64,000 nt of DNA from Alphaproteobacteria bacterium (GTDB taxonomy: Bacteria > Pseudomonadota > Alphaproteobacteria > GCA-2731375): contig CBDDPY010000002.1 of NCBI GenBank assembly GCA_965232515.1, forward strand, positions 6,688,001 through 6,752,000, written 5' to 3'. Of the stretch, positions 59,713 through 64,000 are shown in pieces. Each line of letters starts with the position of its first letter. Within the stretch, counting starts at the first letter, position 1. The notes beneath the pieces were generated by a model, which ran no database searches, had not been told where the DNA came from, and was given only the letters and a program-made list of their open reading frames with translations. A program made the position numbers and the translations under genes.

Positions 59713-60540
59713 TCACCTGAACCGGCGCATCAGCAGCGTGTAGATCACCAGGAACAGGCCGATCATCAGCAGCGAGAACACGGTCGACGCCGTGCCCAGC
59801 GCAAACAATGTCGGTCTTATGCGCTGGGTCATCGAGGCGTTGATGTCGAGCGGCAGGGTGTTGAACTCGCCGGCGAGCAATGTGGTGCGCGCGAACTCGT
59901 CGTAGGACAGCGTGAAGCCGAACAACCCGGCGGCGACGATGCCGGGCGTGATCAGCGGCAGCGTCACCTCCTTGAAGACCGTCCATTCGTCGGCGCCCAT
60001 ATCGCGGGCCGCCTCCTCCAGTCTGCCGTCGAAACGGTTGAACACGGCCATCATCACCAGGAAGCCGAACGGCAAGGTCCAGACCACGTGCACGCCCAGC
60101 GCCGAGGAATACCAGGCCGGCGGAATGCCGATCTGCCGCATCAGTGAGGCGAGGCCGAGGCTGAGCAGAATGCCGGGCACCATCAGGCCCGCCATCACCG
60201 TGTAGAACAGCACGTTCGACCCGGTGAAACGCTTGCGGAAGGCCATCGCCAGCATGGTCGAGAACAAAGCCGTAATGACCATGACGATCAGCGCCAGGAT
60301 CAGCGAGCGCAACAGCGCGCCCTGCAGATCGCCGACAGTGGACGGCTCGATCAGCTTCTGCCACCAGTGCAGACTGAAGCCGCGCATGGGAAAGCTGGTG
60401 CCGCCGCGACGGCCCTGGAACGACAGCACGAACATCGCGATCATCGGGCCGTAGATGAACAGGATGAAGATGACGTAGTAGACGCTGAACCCGCCCTTGA
60501 TCCAGGCTTTCTTGCGGCGCTCCGGGGTCCAGCGCGCCAT
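59713..60540 (-). CDS. PotC-like ABC permease
   Basis: GFSLHWW, LEEAARDMGA..F.EVTLPLI.PG EAA loop, FTLSYDEF. Confidence 0.92.
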   Translation of the reverse strand: MARWTPERRKKAWIKGGFSVYYVIFILFIYGPMIAMFVLSFQGRRGGTSFPMRGFSLHWWQKLIEPSTVGDLQGALLRSLILALIVMVITALFSTMLAMAFRKRFTGSNVLFYTVMAGLMVPGILLSLGLASLMRQIGIPPAWYSSALGVHVVWTLPFGFLVMMAVFNRFDGRLEEAARDMGADEWTVFKEVTLPLITPGIVAAGLFGFTLSYDEFARTTLLAGEFNTLPLDINASMTQRIRPTLFALGTASTVFSLLMIGLFLVIYTLLMRRFR

Positions 60541-60541
60541 C

Positions 60542-61522
60542 TCAGAGCTCCTTGCGGATGTTGACGACGCGCAGGATCACGACCACGCCGATCATCATGG
60601 CCAGCATCAGCATCAACGCGTTGACCGCCGCGAAGGGATAGTTCGCGATCGCGTAATAGTTCAGGATCACCGTGCCGGTGGTCGTGGTCTTGCCGCCATA
60701 GACCACGACGGCCGTGGCGAATTCGCCCATGATCATGACGAAGATGAAGATCATGCCGATGGCCACGCCCGGCAGCGACAGCGGGCCGATGATCTCGCGG
60801 AAGATCTGGAACGACGTCGCGCCCATGTCGCGCGCGGCTTCCAGGATCGCCTTGTCGATCTTCGCCAGCGAAAAGAAGATCGGCCCGACGCAGAGCACGA
60901 CATAGAGCTGCACCAGCGCCATGGTGTAGCCGAACTCCGAATAGAGCAGCAGGCTTGTCGGCTTGTCGATGGCGCCGATATTGATCAGGAACGTGTTCAA
61001 CAGCCCGCGCCGGCCCAGCATCGGCAGCCAGGCCACGGCGCGGATCAGATAGCTGGTCCAGAACGGCACCATGGCCAGCAGGAACAGCGCCATCTGCCAC
61101 TTGAACGACTGCACCTGCATGGCCAGGAAGTAGGCGATGGGATAGCCGACGATCAGGCACAGCACCATGACCGCCAGCGTGAAATAGAGCGTCGAGCCCA
61201 GCGTGCGCAGGAACACGCTCGGCGTCAGGAAGCGATCACTCTCGGGGTCGAAAAAGCCCTCCGCCTCGAAATAGGCGCGATAGTTCTCCAGCGTCAGCGC
61301 CGGCTCCATACCGTGGCCGGACGACGACCAGAAGCTGAAGACGATGATGCCGAGCAGCGGCAGCACCAGAAACAGGATCAGCCAGGCGCTCGGCAGCGTG
61401 ATCAACCAGGCCGTCGGGAAGCCGGGCTCGCGCCGCAGCTTCTTGGCCTCGTCGATTGCTTGCGGCGGGACCGGCTGGCTGCCGATCAGGCCGGCGTGAT
61501 GTGTATCGGCGATCTGCTGCAT
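60542..61522 (-). CDS. PotB-like ABC permease
   Basis: VPFWTSYLIR..AW, ILEAARDMGA, PLSLPG. Confidence 0.92.
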   Translation of the reverse strand: MQQIADTHHAGLIGSQPVPPQAIDEAKKLRREPGFPTAWLITLPSAWLILFLVLPLLGIIVFSFWSSSGHGMEPALTLENYRAYFEAEGFFDPESDRFLTPSVFLRTLGSTLYFTLAVMVLCLIVGYPIAYFLAMQVQSFKWQMALFLLAMVPFWTSYLIRAVAWLPMLGRRGLLNTFLINIGAIDKPTSLLLYSEFGYTMALVQLYVVLCVGPIFFSLAKIDKAILEAARDMGATSFQIFREIIGPLSLPGVAIGMIFIFVMIMGEFATAVVVYGGKTTTTGTVILNYYAIANYPFAAVNALMLMLAMMIGVVVILRVVNIRKEL

Positions 61523-61552
61523 GCTGGCATCGACGACGCGTTACGACCGAAA

Positions 61553-61583
61553 CGGGCGGGCGCGGCCATTGCCGCCCCGCCCG
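61553..61583 (-). other. GC-rich stem-loop between binding-protein and permease genes
   Basis: CGGGCGGG(C)GCGGC-CATT-GCCGCCCCGCCCG. Confidence 0.5.
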
Positions 61584-61614
61584 CCGGTTACACCATTGAT
61601 TGCCGGACCCGCGC

Positions 61615-62904
61615 TTAGGCGCTCAGGAACTCGGTCCAGCGCTTCACCAGATAGTCGTTCTCGTCCATCAGCGAGTTCCAGACGGCGATGTTGCTGAAGC
61701 GGTCCCAATAGGAGCCGCCGTCGCGCACTTCGCCCTTTTCGACGATGATGGTGTCGAACGGATCCGGCAGCTCCTTCGCCGCCGGCTTGCCCATGTACCA
61801 GTAGTCCCACTCTTCGGGCTCGAGGTGCTTCTTCACGTTCTCGGGCACCGACATGTAGTAGCCCTGGCGCGCCACGAACGCGCCGGCCCAGCCGTCGAGC
61901 CACCAGTTGAGATATTCATAAGCGGCGTCGAGCTGCTTGCCCGTGACCTTGGCCGAGATCGCCAGGCCGCCGTGCCAGCCGCGCATGCCTTCCTTCGGGA
62001 AGGCGTAGATGCAGGGCACGCCTTCCGCCTTCACGGCGGTGACGGCGGGCGACCACATGCTTTGCACCGCGACCTCGCCGCTGACCATCAGGTTCACCGA
62101 CTGGCCGAAGGTTTCCCAGAACGCTCGGAAATGGCCTTCCTTCTTCCTCTCGATCAGGAAATTGATCAGGAAGTCGATTTCCTCCCGGGTCATGTTGCCC
62201 TTGTCTTTGAAGGTGTAGGCGCCCATGGCCTCGATCGCCAGCGCGGCGTCCATGGTGCCGATCTGCGGCACGTTCAACAGCGCCACCTGGCCCTTGAAGT
62301 CGGCGCTGAACAGGTCGGCCCAGCTCTCGATGTCGCGGCCGGTTTCTTCCGGGTTGTAGCCGAGCGAATCCGCGTTGTGCCAGCCGGGCAGCATCGAGAT
62401 GTAGCGCGACGGGCCATCGACCCGGTTGCCGTCGGCGTCCAGCCAGAGGTGCCGAAACGGCGCATCGCCCTGGCCGGCATTCGATTCCGGTGTCAGTTTG
62501 CCGGTTTTGGAGAGGTTGGTGACCTTATCCCATTCCTTGATTCGTTGCGTATCGATCGGCTGCCAGACCTTCGCCGGGATGAAGACATCCATGTCGTTGA
62601 AATAGCCTTCGGCGATCTCGTATTGATCGTTTTGGTTCAGCATCTTGCCGAACATGGCGCCATACCCCAACGCCTGCCCGCGTACCCCGATGCCGAGATC
62701 CTGGGACGCCTTGCCCTGAATCTCGTTGATGACGCTCACGCCCAAACCGATGGTGCGCAGCGATTCCGCGCCATGACCGATGCTGGGGAAGCCGCCGACG
62801 AACGAACCCGCCGCGACGGCGCTCGCGGTCGTGCCCATGAACTTGCGGCGGCTGATGCCCCTGCTCTTGGTCTTGCTGGTACCCGTTGGCTTCTTTGCCG
62901 TCAT
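61615..62904 (-). CDS. PotD-like ABC substrate-binding protein (Tat-exported)
   Basis: SRRKFM Tat motif; NADSLGYN, SWADLF, QSMWSP, PKEGMRGW. Confidence 0.88.
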   Translation of the reverse strand: MTAKKPTGTSKTKSRGISRRKFMGTTASAVAAGSFVGGFPSIGHGAESLRTIGLGVSVINEIQGKASQDLGIGVRGQALGYGAMFGKMLNQNDQYEIAEGYFNDMDVFIPAKVWQPIDTQRIKEWDKVTNLSKTGKLTPESNAGQGDAPFRHLWLDADGNRVDGPSRYISMLPGWHNADSLGYNPEETGRDIESWADLFSADFKGQVALLNVPQIGTMDAALAIEAMGAYTFKDKGNMTREEIDFLINFLIERKKEGHFRAFWETFGQSVNLMVSGEVAVQSMWSPAVTAVKAEGVPCIYAFPKEGMRGWHGGLAISAKVTGKQLDAAYEYLNWWLDGWAGAFVARQGYYMSVPENVKKHLEPEEWDYWYMGKPAAKELPDPFDTIIVEKGEVRDGGSYWDRFSNIAVWNSLMDENDYLVKRWTEFLSA

Positions 62905-63088
62905 ATTCTGCCTCCCGTTGTTACTGGGTAATCCCGTGTCTCACGGTCCCAAAGATGTGGATCGCTATGCCAATGGCGTATCCGCTAACAGCTAGCTTTT
63001 ATTTAGGATTTTCCATGACGTGCTTTGTCGAATGATAGCTTAGAGTCGGGGGCTGGGAAACGCAAAGAAAGTAAGGGGGAGGCGGAGT

Positions 63089-64000
63089 TTGAGCGTACTG
63101 ATCAAGAACGGCCGCGTGGTTACGGCGAACGACGATTACCGGGCCGATATCTTCATCAACAACTCCACCGTCGACGTTATCGGGCGCAACCTGGAGATCG
63201 ACGCCGACCGGGTGATCGACGCCGCCGGCAAGCTGGTGATTCCGGGCGGCATCGATCCGCACACGCATATGCAGATGCCGTTCGGCGGCACCGAGACGTC
63301 GGACACGTTCGAGACCGGTACGCGCGCCGCGGCCTTCGGCGGCACCACCTGCATCATCGATTTCGCCATTCAGGCCCGCGGCACGTCGACCATCGCCGCG
63401 CTTGACGACTGGCACGCCAAGGCCGAGGGCCGGACCGCCATCGACTACGCCTTCCACATGATCATCACCGACATGCCGGAAGAGCGCATGCCGGAAATGC
63501 GCCGCCTGTCGGATGAGGGTGTCACCAGCTACAAGATGTTCATGGCTTATCCCGGCGTGCTGCTGTCGGACGACGCCACGATCTTCCGCGCCATGCGCAA
63601 GGCCGGCGAAGACGGCACGCTGGTCTGCATGCATGCCGAGAACGGCATCGTCATCGACGAGCTGGTCAAGATCGCGCTGGCCGAGGGCAAGACCACGCCG
63701 CGCTATCACGCCTACACCCGGCCGACCCGGCTCGAGGCAGAGGGCGCGCACCGGGCGCTCGCCATCGCCGAGGTCGCGCAGGCGCCGGTCTATATCGTTC
63801 ACCTGAGCTGCTACGAGGCGCTGCAGGAGTTACGTCTGGCGCAGGCCCGCGGCGTCATGGCCCATGCCGAGACCTGTCCGCAATACCTGCTGCTGGACGT
63901 CGATCATTACGACGAGCCCGGATTCGATGGCGCGAAATACGTGCTGACGCCGCCGCTGCGCGAGCAATGGCACCAGGACGAGCTCTGGAACGGGCTGCGC
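63089..64000 (+). CDS. hydA: dihydropyrimidinase/D-hydantoinase (truncated by the window end; absent from the ORF track)
   Basis: TTG start after GGGGAGG: MSVLIKNGRVVT..IPGGIDPHTHMQMPFGG..AAFGGTT..TSYKMFMAY..MHAENG..YIVHLS..AETCPQYL..TPPLR. Confidence 0.93.
   Translation, partial: MSVLIKNGRVVTANDDYRADIFINNSTVDVIGRNLEIDADRVIDAAGKLVIPGGIDPHTHMQMPFGGTETSDTFETGTRAAAFGGTTCIIDFAIQARGTSTIAALDDWHAKAEGRTAIDYAFHMIITDMPEERMPEMRRLSDEGVTSYKMFMAYPGVLLSDDATIFRAMRKAGEDGTLVCMHAENGIVIDELVKIALAEGKTTPRYHAYTRPTRLEAEGAHRALAIAEVAQAPVYIVHLSCYEALQELRLAQARGVMAHAETCPQYLLLDVDHYDEPGFDGAKYVLTPPLREQWHQDELWNGLR

Overview
GC-rich alphaproteobacterial chromosome window (Rhodospirillales-like; inferred from gene content and from CtrA, sigma54 and FlbD-type motifs). 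It has five blocks. (1) 1-4624: flagellar genes (probable fliK N-terminus, a Sel1-repeat protein, flgK, flgL). (2) 4646-26526: a ~22 kb probable flagellar glycosylation island with a short NeuB, NeuA, a B12 radical SAM enzyme, SDRs/epimerases, methyltransferases and three TPR-fused candidate glycosyltransferases; CtrA-like boxes sit in its promoter gaps. (3) 26749-33972: mnmA, tRNA-Met, a diheme cytochrome c, a 9-heme cytochrome-TPR fusion, a repeat protein and a Lys-rich PEP-CTERM protein. (4) 34027-42094: a receiver protein, an ScfR/RamB-type regulator, a Liv-type ABC transporter and a pseudo-DHp protein. (5) 42235-64000: a selenocysteine peroxiredoxin that the ORF track truncates, then a cyclic-amide (hydantoin-type) catabolic cluster around a 938-aa flotillin with 29-residue repeats. 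Best leads: a 16-residue amphipathic peptide shared by the hydantoinase B N-terminal extension and an 82-aa orphan protein in the flotillin cluster (possible cargo/docking peptide for an SPFH cage); a DHp-like segment shared by the ScfR regulator (His kept) and an orphan protein (His to Glu); and the UGA-recoded peroxiredoxin. All calls come from reading motifs by eye; no database searches were run. I saw no CRISPR array, integrase or transposase.
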